Assembly (NCBI GenBank): GCA_964536485.1
Contig: CAZHXX010000005.1
Span: 42 to 64,041 of the forward strand
Direction of reading: 5' to 3'
Length of the DNA: 64,000 bases
Source of the DNA: an uncultured Candidatus Saccharibacteria bacterium
GTDB lineage: Bacteria; Patescibacteriota; Saccharimonadia; Saccharimonadales; SZUA-47
In this document: piece by piece, positions 20,691 through 29,883 of the stretch
Layout: each line of letters begins with the position of its first letter
Numbering within the stretch: the stretch's first letter is position 1
Made by a program: the position numbers and the translations under genes
The notes under the pieces: model-generated
What the model was told of the DNA's origin: nothing
Seen by the model: the letters and a program-made list of their open reading frames with translations, nothing else
Databases searched by the model: none

Positions 20691-21470
20691 ATGGCTATAG
20701 GTATGAGTAAAAAAGTTTTCTTCGTTATCGCAATAGCCACATTGTTTGTGGGCTCTTATAAAGATGTTGTCTATGCAGTTTCATCGTCGACAAACTATAG
20801 CGTGCAGGAATCAGCTTTTGGTGCGGGGAGCGGAAACGGTTCATCAGCAAGCTATGGTGCACAGGGTTCTGCTGGTCTTAATGGAGTAGGAAATGCCTCG
20901 AGCACCAATTATGACACGGTTGCAGGACTTATCACACCAGATGTTCCCTTCCTTGAATTTGTAGTTTCCGGTGCCACGGTTGATCTTGGTGTGCTCGATC
21001 CTAACACGCCTTCAAGCGGGGCTGCCCAGGCTGGTGCCTGTAACTGCTCGTTCTATGTTCGCTCATATGTTTCATCGGCATATGTGGTAACAACTATGTC
21101 GGCTCCGCCAACGAGTGAGTCTGGCAGGGTGCTAGCGGCAAAGGCAATCCAAGGCGTCCCGTCTTCGAGCCAAAGTGTCGAAGAGTTTGGTATAAACGTT
21201 GTGGCAAATTCCTCGCCTGCAATTGGTGCCGATCCAGTCAATCAGCCAGACAATAGCTTTGCCGATGGCGTTGCTGAAACTGGCTATAACGTCGCGAACC
21301 AATTCAAATACGCTATAGGTGATGTGATTGCACGTTCTGCAGGCACTGCTAATACAAAAGCCTGGGGCCAAACAGACTACACCATCAGCTATATCACCAA
21401 GAGCAGTACTTTGACGCCAGCCGGACTCTACAAGATGGATCATGTACTTGTAGCTACTTCTATTTACTAA
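20691..21470 (+). CDS. secreted WxL/pilin-like subunit (minor)
   Basis: Signal peptide; SSTNY repeats; C-terminal domain shared with neighbours (VDLG, FGIN, GDVIARS, TPAGLY..ATSIY). Confidence 0.6.
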   Translation: MAIGMSKKVFFVIAIATLFVGSYKDVVYAVSSSTNYSVQESAFGAGSGNGSSASYGAQGSAGLNGVGNASSTNYDTVAGLITPDVPFLEFVVSGATVDLGVLDPNTPSSGAAQAGACNCSFYVRSYVSSAYVVTTMSAPPTSESGRVLAAKAIQGVPSSSQSVEEFGINVVANSSPAIGADPVNQPDNSFADGVAETGYNVANQFKYAIGDVIARSAGTANTKAWGQTDYTISYITKSSTLTPAGLYKMDHVLVATSIY

Positions 21471-21638
21471 TAATTTAGTAACATTGATTGTTTCATGAAA
21501 GTATCATTTATATTAAGTAAATTTGTGGATAACTAGATTATTTTTGTGTAAAAATATGTTTGCTTCTGAAGACGTTTATGCTATAAATAAGAGGTAAATT
21601 AAAAATTAAACAAAAAAACACAAAAGGAGTACGTATAA

Positions 21639-22934
21639 ATGAATACGTCAATTTCAAAGACGGTAAGAGTTCGTTCTGCATTTGTTGCAGGCCTATTCTT
21701 ATTGGTCGTCGTTCTACCGCTTCTCGCAGTTGGTAGAGCATCTGCTTACGCTCAGCTGACAAACCGTCAGATAGCTATCGCTACCTCTGAAGTAAGTGCA
21801 GCTGACACGGTATACACCGTAAGCTTTAAGCCAGCAACAACAGGGAACATCAGAGGAATCGTCATTGATTTCTGTACTAGTCCTCTCGTTGGTACGGTAT
21901 GTACTGCGCCAACAGGTTTTGATACCCAAGAAGCAGGTCTTGGTGTCTACAACGAGTCTGGTTCTGGATTCGGTACAGGCTGGACACTCGATGGTACTGA
22001 AAGTACCTCAAACAAAGTGGTCATTAAAGATGCAAGCGGTGGAAGCGTGACTGCTGGTACAACAGTAAGCTTCGAGCTTGGTGACGGAACATCAGGTGAT
22101 GGGTTGACAAACCCTTCAACAAACGGTTCTTTCTACGCTCGAATCATGACCTATGCAGTAGCTACTGATGCTGATGCATATGATTCTGGTAGTACTGGTT
22201 CTAACAACCCACCATCAAGCACCGTTGACGCTGGCGGTATCGCTCTTAGCACTGCTAACCAGCTTACCGTGAACGCTCGTGTGCAGGAAGTCTTGCAGTT
22301 CTGTGTTGGGACAACTGACGCAGCTTCAGCAGATGACTGTACTGACATTTCTGGAACGACGGTTGATCTTGGAGTAATTCAAAGCGGTGCCCCAAGTATT
22401 TCACCTGTTTCAACCACAGTTGGTGGTAACAACAAGAGTGGTCTTGCAATGGTACGCACAAACGCAGTAAACGGCGTTGTGATCGACTACTTTGCTGAAC
22501 CAGTTACTGGTGACGGTGGATCAACTCACATGGCTTCACTACGTGTTAGTGGTGCAACTTGCACCGGCGACGGTACAATTGCTACTGGTTCTAAAGTTGA
22601 CCAGTGTTTCAACAGCTCAGGAACGACACAAGCTGTCTTTGCTGGTGCTGACGAAGGCTTCGGTATGACTGCTTCATCAGTTGACACCTCAAACGGAACA
22701 ACAGCCAATGTTGTAAGAGACGCAGAGTACGATGGTAACGGTACAAACGGTGCAGGTAACGGTTGGGCATGGGCTCAAGGTACACCTGACCGCATCGCAA
22801 GCTCTACTGGCTCTTCAGTAAAAGTTGTTGACGACGAAATGCTTAACTTGACCTTCGCAGCACAAGCTGCCGTAACGACTCCAACCGGTCAATACGGTGT
22901 CAAGAGCACATATATTGCAACAGCAAGCTTCTAG
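21639..22934 (+). CDS. secreted WxL/pilin-like major subunit, copy 1
   Basis: Signal peptide ..RASA/YA; Gly/Thr/Ser-rich two-domain protein ending TPTGQYGVKSTYIATASF; strong SD aaaggag. Confidence 0.7.
   Translation: MNTSISKTVRVRSAFVAGLFLLVVVLPLLAVGRASAYAQLTNRQIAIATSEVSAADTVYTVSFKPATTGNIRGIVIDFCTSPLVGTVCTAPTGFDTQEAGLGVYNESGSGFGTGWTLDGTESTSNKVVIKDASGGSVTAGTTVSFELGDGTSGDGLTNPSTNGSFYARIMTYAVATDADAYDSGSTGSNNPPSSTVDAGGIALSTANQLTVNARVQEVLQFCVGTTDAASADDCTDISGTTVDLGVIQSGAPSISPVSTTVGGNNKSGLAMVRTNAVNGVVIDYFAEPVTGDGGSTHMASLRVSGATCTGDGTIATGSKVDQCFNSSGTTQAVFAGADEGFGMTASSVDTSNGTTANVVRDAEYDGNGTNGAGNGWAWAQGTPDRIASSTGSSVKVVDDEMLNLTFAAQAAVTTPTGQYGVKSTYIATASF
21765..22927 (+). repeat. 1163-bp direct repeat, copy 1
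   Basis: Matches 23184-24346 at an offset of 1419; no mismatch found by eye, and shadow ORFs are identical at that offset. Confidence 0.92.
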
Positions 22935-22952
22935 TAACAACTAGATATCCAC

Positions 22953-22994
22953 AAATAAAGCACAAGCAGTTTAAGAAACACTTGTGCTTTATTT
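22953..22994 (+). terminator. hairpin/terminator between the duplicated genes
   Basis: aaataaagcacaag ... cttgtgctttattt. Confidence 0.7.
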
Positions 22995-23051
22995 AATTGT
23001 TTGTTAATATATTTTTGCAAACCCTAAAACAAAAACATTTAAATAAAAGGA

Positions 23052-24353
23052 GTGCATATGATACATGCATCGACTCTTCCTAAAAGGGTCAATAGCTTGC
23101 TTTTGGCAGGCGTAATTATGGCTTCGGTAATAGTACCGTTGCTAGTAACCGCGCGAGCATCTGCTTACGCTCAGCTTTCACAGCGTCAGATAGCTATCGC
23201 TACCTCTGAAGTAAGTGCAGCTGACACGGTATACACCGTAAGCTTTAAGCCAGCAACAACAGGGAACATCAGAGGAATCGTCATTGATTTCTGTACTAGT
23301 CCTCTCGTTGGTACGGTATGTACTGCGCCAACAGGTTTTGATACCCAAGAAGCAGGTCTTGGTGTCTACAACGAGTCTGGTTCTGGATTCGGTACAGGCT
23401 GGACACTCGATGGTACTGAAAGTACCTCAAACAAAGTGGTCATTAAAGATGCAAGCGGTGGAAGCGTGACTGCTGGTACAACAGTAAGCTTCGAGCTTGG
23501 TGACGGAACATCAGGTGATGGGTTGACAAACCCTTCAACAAACGGTTCTTTCTACGCTCGAATCATGACCTATGCAGTAGCTACTGATGCTGATGCATAT
23601 GATTCTGGTAGTACTGGTTCTAACAACCCACCATCAAGCACCGTTGACGCTGGCGGTATCGCTCTTAGCACTGCTAACCAGCTTACCGTGAACGCTCGTG
23701 TGCAGGAAGTCTTGCAGTTCTGTGTTGGGACAACTGACGCAGCTTCAGCAGATGACTGTACTGACATTTCTGGAACGACGGTTGATCTTGGAGTAATTCA
23801 AAGCGGTGCCCCAAGTATTTCACCTGTTTCAACCACAGTTGGTGGTAACAACAAGAGTGGTCTTGCAATGGTACGCACAAACGCAGTAAACGGCGTTGTG
23901 ATCGACTACTTTGCTGAACCAGTTACTGGTGACGGTGGATCAACTCACATGGCTTCACTACGTGTTAGTGGTGCAACTTGCACCGGCGACGGTACAATTG
24001 CTACTGGTTCTAAAGTTGACCAGTGTTTCAACAGCTCAGGAACGACACAAGCTGTCTTTGCTGGTGCTGACGAAGGCTTCGGTATGACTGCTTCATCAGT
24101 TGACACCTCAAACGGAACAACAGCCAATGTTGTAAGAGACGCAGAGTACGATGGTAACGGTACAAACGGTGCAGGTAACGGTTGGGCATGGGCTCAAGGT
24201 ACACCTGACCGCATCGCAAGCTCTACTGGCTCTTCAGTAAAAGTTGTTGACGACGAAATGCTTAACTTGACCTTCGCAGCACAAGCTGCCGTAACGACTC
24301 CAACCGGTCAATACGGTGTCAAGAGCACATATATTGCAACAGCAAGTTACTAA
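23052..24353 (+). CDS. secreted WxL/pilin-like major subunit, copy 2
   Basis: Mature region identical to copy 1 apart from its first residues and terminal Y; different signal peptide; SD aaaaggag. Confidence 0.7.
   Translation: MHMIHASTLPKRVNSLLLAGVIMASVIVPLLVTARASAYAQLSQRQIAIATSEVSAADTVYTVSFKPATTGNIRGIVIDFCTSPLVGTVCTAPTGFDTQEAGLGVYNESGSGFGTGWTLDGTESTSNKVVIKDASGGSVTAGTTVSFELGDGTSGDGLTNPSTNGSFYARIMTYAVATDADAYDSGSTGSNNPPSSTVDAGGIALSTANQLTVNARVQEVLQFCVGTTDAASADDCTDISGTTVDLGVIQSGAPSISPVSTTVGGNNKSGLAMVRTNAVNGVVIDYFAEPVTGDGGSTHMASLRVSGATCTGDGTIATGSKVDQCFNSSGTTQAVFAGADEGFGMTASSVDTSNGTTANVVRDAEYDGNGTNGAGNGWAWAQGTPDRIASSTGSSVKVVDDEMLNLTFAAQAAVTTPTGQYGVKSTYIATASY
23184..24346 (+). repeat. 1163-bp direct repeat, copy 2
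   Basis: Matches 21765-22927. Confidence 0.92.
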
Positions 24354-24402
24354 ACTAACTAATCTGTTTTAGGATTTTGCAAAAGACTAATAGAATAGGG
24401 TT

Positions 24403-25467
24403 ATGAGACGAAAAAAACAAATCAGTTTTAGATTTCATAATGTCGCACGAGCGTTGTTGTTAGCAACGCTCGTGTCCCTATATAGTCTCTTTATCCCATT
24501 TAAAGCTCAGGCAACAGACCTCGCGAGCCGTAGTATCAGCTTAAAAAGTTCAGTCGCCGGAGAAACTACCCAGCACTTATTCACCTTTACGAACCCTACT
24601 GCATCCACGCTTGGGTCTATAAAATTTGAGTATTGTCAGAATAGCCCGTTGTTTTTTGAATCTTGTACGGCACCAGGCGGGCTAAACCTCTCTTCAGCAA
24701 CGCTCGCCGTGCAGACGGGTAATGCGGGGTTTGTAAAAGACCCTCTTTCGACGGCTACGTCACTTATTATAAGTAGAACGCCTGGAGGTTCTCTCAGCAC
24801 GGTCAATACTTACAGATTTGATTCAGTAATTAACCCTACAACAATCAACACCACCTATTTTGTTCGTATAAGCTTATACGCAAGCAATAATGCCACCGGT
24901 GTAAGCTTCGATCAAGGTGCGGTCGCCTTTAGTACAAGTGGTGGGTTTAGTATCGGTGCTTACGTCCCGCCGTTTATGATATTTTGCGTTGGCGTTACCG
25001 TAGCACAAGATTGTAGCAGTACGGTAGGAAGCTTGGTCAATTTTGGTGAACTTGAGTCTAATAAGACATCTTTTACCACTACACAGTTTGCCGGTGCCAC
25101 GAATGATCCAACGGGTATGCAGGTTTTTCTCAACGGCCAGACAATGACCTCCGGAAATAACACTATACCGGCGCTAGCAGTAAACTCTTCGAGCGCCACT
25201 GGGACCTCTCAATTTGGGGTGAACTTGCGCTCAAACAATGCTCCATCGGTTGGCTCGAGTCGAACTGGCCCCGGAACAATGTTTGCAACAACTAATTATG
25301 ACGTACAGAACCAGTACCGCTTCGTGGATGGAGACGTCATCGCGCGCTCCACTATTTCAACAGACTTTACGCGCATGACCGTTAGCTACATTGTTAATGT
25401 GAGCGAAGACCAAAAACCTGGTATTTACGCAACGACGCTTCTCTATACAGCCCTTGCAAGTTTTTAA
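24403..25467 (+). CDS. secreted WxL/pilin-like subunit (paralogue)
   Basis: Signal peptide; shares FC..PL...CTAPxG, FCVG..DC and FGVN, and ends KPGIYATTLLYTALASF. Confidence 0.65.
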   Translation: MRRKKQISFRFHNVARALLLATLVSLYSLFIPFKAQATDLASRSISLKSSVAGETTQHLFTFTNPTASTLGSIKFEYCQNSPLFFESCTAPGGLNLSSATLAVQTGNAGFVKDPLSTATSLIISRTPGGSLSTVNTYRFDSVINPTTINTTYFVRISLYASNNATGVSFDQGAVAFSTSGGFSIGAYVPPFMIFCVGVTVAQDCSSTVGSLVNFGELESNKTSFTTTQFAGATNDPTGMQVFLNGQTMTSGNNTIPALAVNSSSATGTSQFGVNLRSNNAPSVGSSRTGPGTMFATTNYDVQNQYRFVDGDVIARSTISTDFTRMTVSYIVNVSEDQKPGIYATTLLYTALASF

Positions 25468-25532
25468 TTTTATACTTGCTATTACTGCTACACTTTATTA
25501 AGCTAGTGTTAAAAGCAAATGAAGGAGAAGTA

Positions 25533-26504
25533 ATGATACAAAAACTTAAAGTTATAGTGCTTTCTGTGCTATTTACCATTGTGAGTATGCCGGCGTTGTC
25601 AGCGTCTGCACAAGAAAATGTGGTGGGGAGCGGGCTAAGTATTTCGCCAACAAGAACCGATCTTGTTGTCAATGCAGGAACAACAGCAGATCTAACTATT
25701 TCGCTAAAAAATGTCACTGGAGGACTTATCACCGCTAAAGCGTTCATGAACGACTTTGAACCAGATGGTGTTTCTGGCGAACCTAGACTGATTACCGACA
25801 GTGGGGTAAAGTCTGCATCATCAATCAAGGATTTTCTTGTAGGTCTTGAGGACGTATCTCTAGGTGTTGACGAGACGAAAGAGCTTAAACTAAAAGTTGA
25901 AGTACCAGCAGAAGCTTCACCTGGCGCATATTACGGCGTTATCCGCTACCAGGCTGTTCCAGTGAATGAAAATGGTGAAGAATCTGGCGGTGGACAGGTT
26001 GCGCTTACCGCAAGTGTGGGAACGATTGTTCTTGTAGAAGTGCCTGGTAACATCACCCAGAAGATTGAAATCAAAAGCCTAGCTGCCTATATTGGTGACA
26101 AAAAAGGGAAGTTCTTTACAAAGCGTCCTGAACAAGTGGGAATAAATGTCGAGAACCTTGGTAACGGCTTTGCACGACCTTTCGGTAAAGTAACTGTTAC
26201 TGACATGTTTAACAAACAAGTATTTTCATACGAAATGAACAATACTAACCCACGTGGCGTTGTGATGCCTAGCTCAACTCGTCTTTTCAAAGACAGTGTG
26301 AACGGGATTAGCAAGCCTGGACGATATAAGCTGGCTGCGGACATATCATATGGAAATGGCGGAGAAGTATACAGTATTTCGTCTACATTCTGGTATGTTC
26401 CAACGTGGCTCGTGATTACACTCCTTGTATTGTTGCTTGCTCTCGTAGGAGTCGCCTTATACCTAACACGCAAATACAAGACTCGCTCAATGAGACGCCG
26501 ATAA
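25533..26504 (+). CDS. DUF916/WxL-interacting-like chaperone/anchor protein
   Basis: Signal peptide, LSISPTR, PAEASPGAYYG, VENLGN, second Ig-like domain, C-terminal TM plus basic tail; SD gaagga. Confidence 0.65.
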   Translation: MIQKLKVIVLSVLFTIVSMPALSASAQENVVGSGLSISPTRTDLVVNAGTTADLTISLKNVTGGLITAKAFMNDFEPDGVSGEPRLITDSGVKSASSIKDFLVGLEDVSLGVDETKELKLKVEVPAEASPGAYYGVIRYQAVPVNENGEESGGGQVALTASVGTIVLVEVPGNITQKIEIKSLAAYIGDKKGKFFTKRPEQVGINVENLGNGFARPFGKVTVTDMFNKQVFSYEMNNTNPRGVVMPSSTRLFKDSVNGISKPGRYKLAADISYGNGGEVYSISSTFWYVPTWLVITLLVLLLALVGVALYLTRKYKTRSMRRR

Positions 26505-26524
26505 TTAGCACACACATACAAAGT

Positions 26525-26557
26525 AAAAAGCTCCCGCTATTCTCGCGGGAGCTTTTT
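26525..26557 (+). terminator. intrinsic terminator
   Basis: aaaaagctcccgc-tattctc-gcgggagcttttt. Confidence 0.85.
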
Positions 26558-26641
26558 CTATTGAGGCCAAAATCTTGTTGCGCTTACGCTTCCTATAGCT
26601 TACAATTACAGGTGTAACATTACGTAATATAAAGATTAAAA

Positions 26642-27589
26642 ATGAAAAAGTATCTACCACTCACGTGGCAAGACATGAAACGCCTACTTCTTGTCGTTTC
26701 GTTTAGTATTGCTGCTTTCTTTCTTGTGCTTGGTGCCCAGCCGGCATACGCACAGAGCACGGACCCAGAACAATCTGGGTCTGTTGGTTTGACTGGTACG
26801 ATAAGCGCACCGCCTCCAACGCAGGGTGCAAGCATTACCTTTCCAACAGGCGGACAATCCTTTACCGAAATGCCTGTTCCTGTGCGTGGGCTTTGTCCAA
26901 AGGGCCTGTTAGTGAAGCTTTTTAAGAACAATGTCTTTGCCGGCTCAGTACAGTGCGATAGTGGCACGTTTGAGCTAAGTATTGACCTATTTACAGGGAC
27001 AAATGATCTGATTGCTCGAGTCTATGACGAGCTTGACCAGCCTGGACCAGATTCTGCAACGGTGACAGTACAATTTGTAGACCCACGTAGAGGTGCCGGT
27101 ACTCGTGTAAGTGCTACCAGCAACTTTGCAAAGCGTGGGGCGAACCCGGGTCAAACGCTCACCTGGCCACTCATCATTAGTGGTGGGTCAGGACCATATG
27201 CAATTAGCGTTGATTGGGGAGACGGCAAAACAGCAGATCTTTTGAGTCAGCCATTTCCAGGTACACTAGATCTCTCGCATATTTATGATGCTGCCGGTGT
27301 GTATAACATTGTCATAAAAGTGAGTGATTCTAACGGTGGTACCGCCTTTTTGCAAGTAGTTGGTATTGCCAACGGCCCGCTTACCCAGACAAATGCGGAT
27401 GGTACGCCAATCGGGACAAAAGATGATGGTGTTGCCTTTATCGCCTCAGGAAGAACCACTATTGTTTGGTGGCCAGCGACTATTACAGTACCTTTTATTG
27501 TTTCTACCTTTTGGCTTGGTAAACGTTATATGCTGCGTGTTATGAAGAAGCGTATAGAGCGTGGTGAGCACCCGTTCTCAGATATTTAA
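26642..27589 (+). CDS. Ig-like/PKD-domain surface protein with C-terminal TM
   Basis: Signal peptide; Ig-like domain (LFTGTNDLIAR); PKD motif VDWGDG..HIYDAAGVYNI. Confidence 0.7.
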   Translation: MKKYLPLTWQDMKRLLLVVSFSIAAFFLVLGAQPAYAQSTDPEQSGSVGLTGTISAPPPTQGASITFPTGGQSFTEMPVPVRGLCPKGLLVKLFKNNVFAGSVQCDSGTFELSIDLFTGTNDLIARVYDELDQPGPDSATVTVQFVDPRRGAGTRVSATSNFAKRGANPGQTLTWPLIISGGSGPYAISVDWGDGKTADLLSQPFPGTLDLSHIYDAAGVYNIVIKVSDSNGGTAFLQVVGIANGPLTQTNADGTPIGTKDDGVAFIASGRTTIVWWPATITVPFIVSTFWLGKRYMLRVMKKRIERGEHPFSDI

Positions 27590-27592
27590 ACC

Positions 27593-27698
27593 GTACTTGG
27601 CGTATTTTGTCCGTTTTCTTGAATTATCCTCAGTCGTCGTATTGAAATACGCCTCCTTGCGGTTCCTCCAGAAGAACGAACAAACTACATCCAAGTAC
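27593..27698. repeat. 106-bp imperfect palindromic element (REP/RPE-like)
   Basis: gtacttgg ... ccaagtac ends; ttgtccgttttct/agaagaacgaacaa arms; central cgtattgaaatacg. Confidence 0.55.
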
Positions 27699-27778
27699 TT
27701 AAATAAACACAACCTTTTTTTGAGCCACAGGCTATGACGAGACTACGAAGAAAACCTCTAAATACTGCACTTTTGGAG

Positions 27779-28336
27779 TTAGATCGAGATAAAAGGTAAT
27801 GAATTTTTTTCTGCTACATCGTGAATTTGTGAAGGTGAATGCGATCTCAGATGATAAGAATATCGAGGGCTGGCCAGGAAAATGATTCCTGTAACTACAA
27901 GTAAGCGTGGATCAAGCACTACCTCGTTGTTTGTAATGGGAGAGGTTTGTTCAAGTAGTTGGTTGGCTTCATGTGGAGACAGTCTTGATAAGCGGTCTAG
28001 ACTTTCGTCGTCTATCCAAATATCGGTAGCGCTGGTAGCAATAATGGCGTCATCCGGAGCTTCAAGTATTAGGCCGTGTGAACCGCTAACAAAAAGTGGG
28101 TTTACTTCGTGACTTATTAAACTCGCTGAGATCACCGGTTGTCGATTGCGGCTTGTTCGGTGGCCCGTTCCTAAGGGAATGTCGATTTCAGTAAGATCAT
28201 CTATGAAGTATCTTTTTCTTTTTTGCTCATAGTCTATAAACCCGCTATCGATATGTACAAGATAGCGGTAGCTTTCCGGGTCATGACAGGCAGGATCTGT
28301 TACGCCTCCCCAAACTGTAAAATGCGTGCCAGGCAT
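27779..28336 (-). CDS. orphan protein, possible ADP-ribosyltransferase-like fold
   Basis: YLVH ... ISASLIS ... GLIL ... NNEVVL spacing. Confidence 0.45.
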   Translation of the reverse strand: MPGTHFTVWGGVTDPACHDPESYRYLVHIDSGFIDYEQKRKRYFIDDLTEIDIPLGTGHRTSRNRQPVISASLISHEVNPLFVSGSHGLILEAPDDAIIATSATDIWIDDESLDRLSRLSPHEANQLLEQTSPITNNEVVLDPRLLVVTGIIFLASPRYSYHLRSHSPSQIHDVAEKNSLPFISI

Positions 28337-28356
28337 GCTATAATTATAGAATAATT

Positions 28357-29412
28357 ATGAATAATAAGCAAAAAATCAAAGTCTTTGTTGGCTTGTCTGG
28401 TGGCGTTGACAGTTCTGTAACCGCTGCGCTTTTGAAAGAGCAGGGGTACGACGTGACAGGGGTCTATATGAAGAACTGGAGCAAGGATTTGCCTGGTTTT
28501 CCGTGCCCTTGGAAAGAAGATTACCAGGATGCGAAACGAGTTGCTGTTAAACTCGGTATTCCATTTGAGCTATTTGACTTTGAGACTGAATATTTTGATC
28601 GTGTTGTGCAGTACATGTTGGATGGTTTTAAAGAAGGGATTACGCCAAACCCTGACATTATGTGTAACCAGGAGATAAAATTTAAGCTATTTTATGAAAC
28701 TGCTCGAGCAAGAGGTGCCGACTTTATTGCAACTGGTCATTACGCAAAGACAGAGAATGGGCGATTGTTGCAGGCGGTTGACGACAACAAAGATCAAACC
28801 TATTTTTTGTATCGCGTGAGTGAGGAGGCATTATTGCACACCCTTTTCCCGCTAGGAGACATGAAAAAACCACAAGTAAGAGAAGAGGCTAAAAAACGTG
28901 GCCTCGTGACGGCAAACAAAAAAGAGAGTATGGGCATCTGTTTTGTTGGAAAGGTGGGGATTAAAGAGTTCTTGAGCCAATATGTTGAGACAGAGCTAGG
29001 TGACATCATAGACCAAAATGGGGTGAAAATTGGCACGCATGATGGAGCCATTTTCTATACTATAGGGCAGCGTCATGGGTTGGACGTTGGTGGTGGATTG
29101 CCATACTACGTGACGGGCAAAAACATGCAAAAGAATGAAGTATATGTGACGAGTGACTTAAATGATGAGAGACTGTGGTCTAGTGAGATCTCTCTTGAGG
29201 CTTGCCACTGGATAAACAATAGACCGACAGTTGGAAAAAAATATTATGTGCGCACCAGGCACCGCGCAAAGCTTATCCCTTGCGTGGTTACGAGTTTAGA
29301 CGGGACTAAAGCCACGTTGCAGTTGGACGAGCAGATCCGAGCACTTACACCAGGCCAGTCGGCAGTCGTTTATGACGAAGAAGCTTGTCTAGGTGGTGGG
29401 ATTATCTGCTAA
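28357..29412 (+). CDS. mnmA: tRNA 2-thiouridylase
   Basis: SGGVDS, PNPDIMCN, ATGHYA, KDQTYFL, SMGICF, TPGQ. Confidence 0.95.
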   Translation: MNNKQKIKVFVGLSGGVDSSVTAALLKEQGYDVTGVYMKNWSKDLPGFPCPWKEDYQDAKRVAVKLGIPFELFDFETEYFDRVVQYMLDGFKEGITPNPDIMCNQEIKFKLFYETARARGADFIATGHYAKTENGRLLQAVDDNKDQTYFLYRVSEEALLHTLFPLGDMKKPQVREEAKKRGLVTANKKESMGICFVGKVGIKEFLSQYVETELGDIIDQNGVKIGTHDGAIFYTIGQRHGLDVGGGLPYYVTGKNMQKNEVYVTSDLNDERLWSSEISLEACHWINNRPTVGKKYYVRTRHRAKLIPCVVTSLDGTKATLQLDEQIRALTPGQSAVVYDEEACLGGGIIC

Positions 29413-29421
29413 TCTAATAGT

Positions 29422-29643
29422 ATGATAGAAAGCTGGAATCCTCCACAGCCAAGTAACAGTGCCGGTTTCGAAGATGAAGTTGTTATGAGCGCTGTTCGCA
29501 GAGTGACGCAACTGTATGGGCTTCCAGGCCCAAGCAGAATTCCGTTACCCAAATTTGAAGGTGGCTATTTGGACCCAAGCGAAAGACTATTTTGGTTAGC
29601 GTACGGAACATTGCCACAAAGATTTGAAGGTTCAGACTGCTAA
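29422..29643 (+). CDS. small hypothetical protein
   Basis: 73-aa ORF directly after mnmA; no motif. Confidence 0.4.
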   Translation: MIESWNPPQPSNSAGFEDEVVMSAVRRVTQLYGLPGPSRIPLPKFEGGYLDPSERLFWLAYGTLPQRFEGSDC

Positions 29644-29784
29644 TTTCTGACAAGACGGGTAGTTTGCTATACTGTTCAATAATGAGAAACACTCTAGTAA
29701 GCCGAATTCTAGCGCGCGCATGCGCCCATTGGGGATAATTTTTCTTTTTCACACAGATGTAGCATAATCATATATAAAGAAAGG

Positions 29785-29883
29785 AGCGCCATAGCTCTGG
29801 AAAGAGCAGACCGTAGAGACGATTTATTCGGCTCTACGGCTCGATGAGAAAACCTGAAAGGTTGTCTCATAAGGCAACGCCAC
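29785..29883 (+). promoter_or_regulatory. three-hairpin structured leader of alaS
   Basis: gctct-ggaa-agagc (29794-29807), ccgtagag/ctctacgg (29811-29839), atgagaaaacct-gaa-aggttgtctcat (29844-29870). Confidence 0.5.

Noticed and set aside
21639-24353. Diversity-generating retroelement template/variable repeat pair
   Set aside because: The repeat is over 1 kb with no adenine-specific mismatches seen, and no reverse transcriptase is present in the window.
29838-29876. Hammerhead ribozyme or T-box in the alaS leader
   Set aside because: The core reads CUCGAUGA...AUAA rather than CUGANGA...GAAA; there is no T-box UGGN bulge or terminator.
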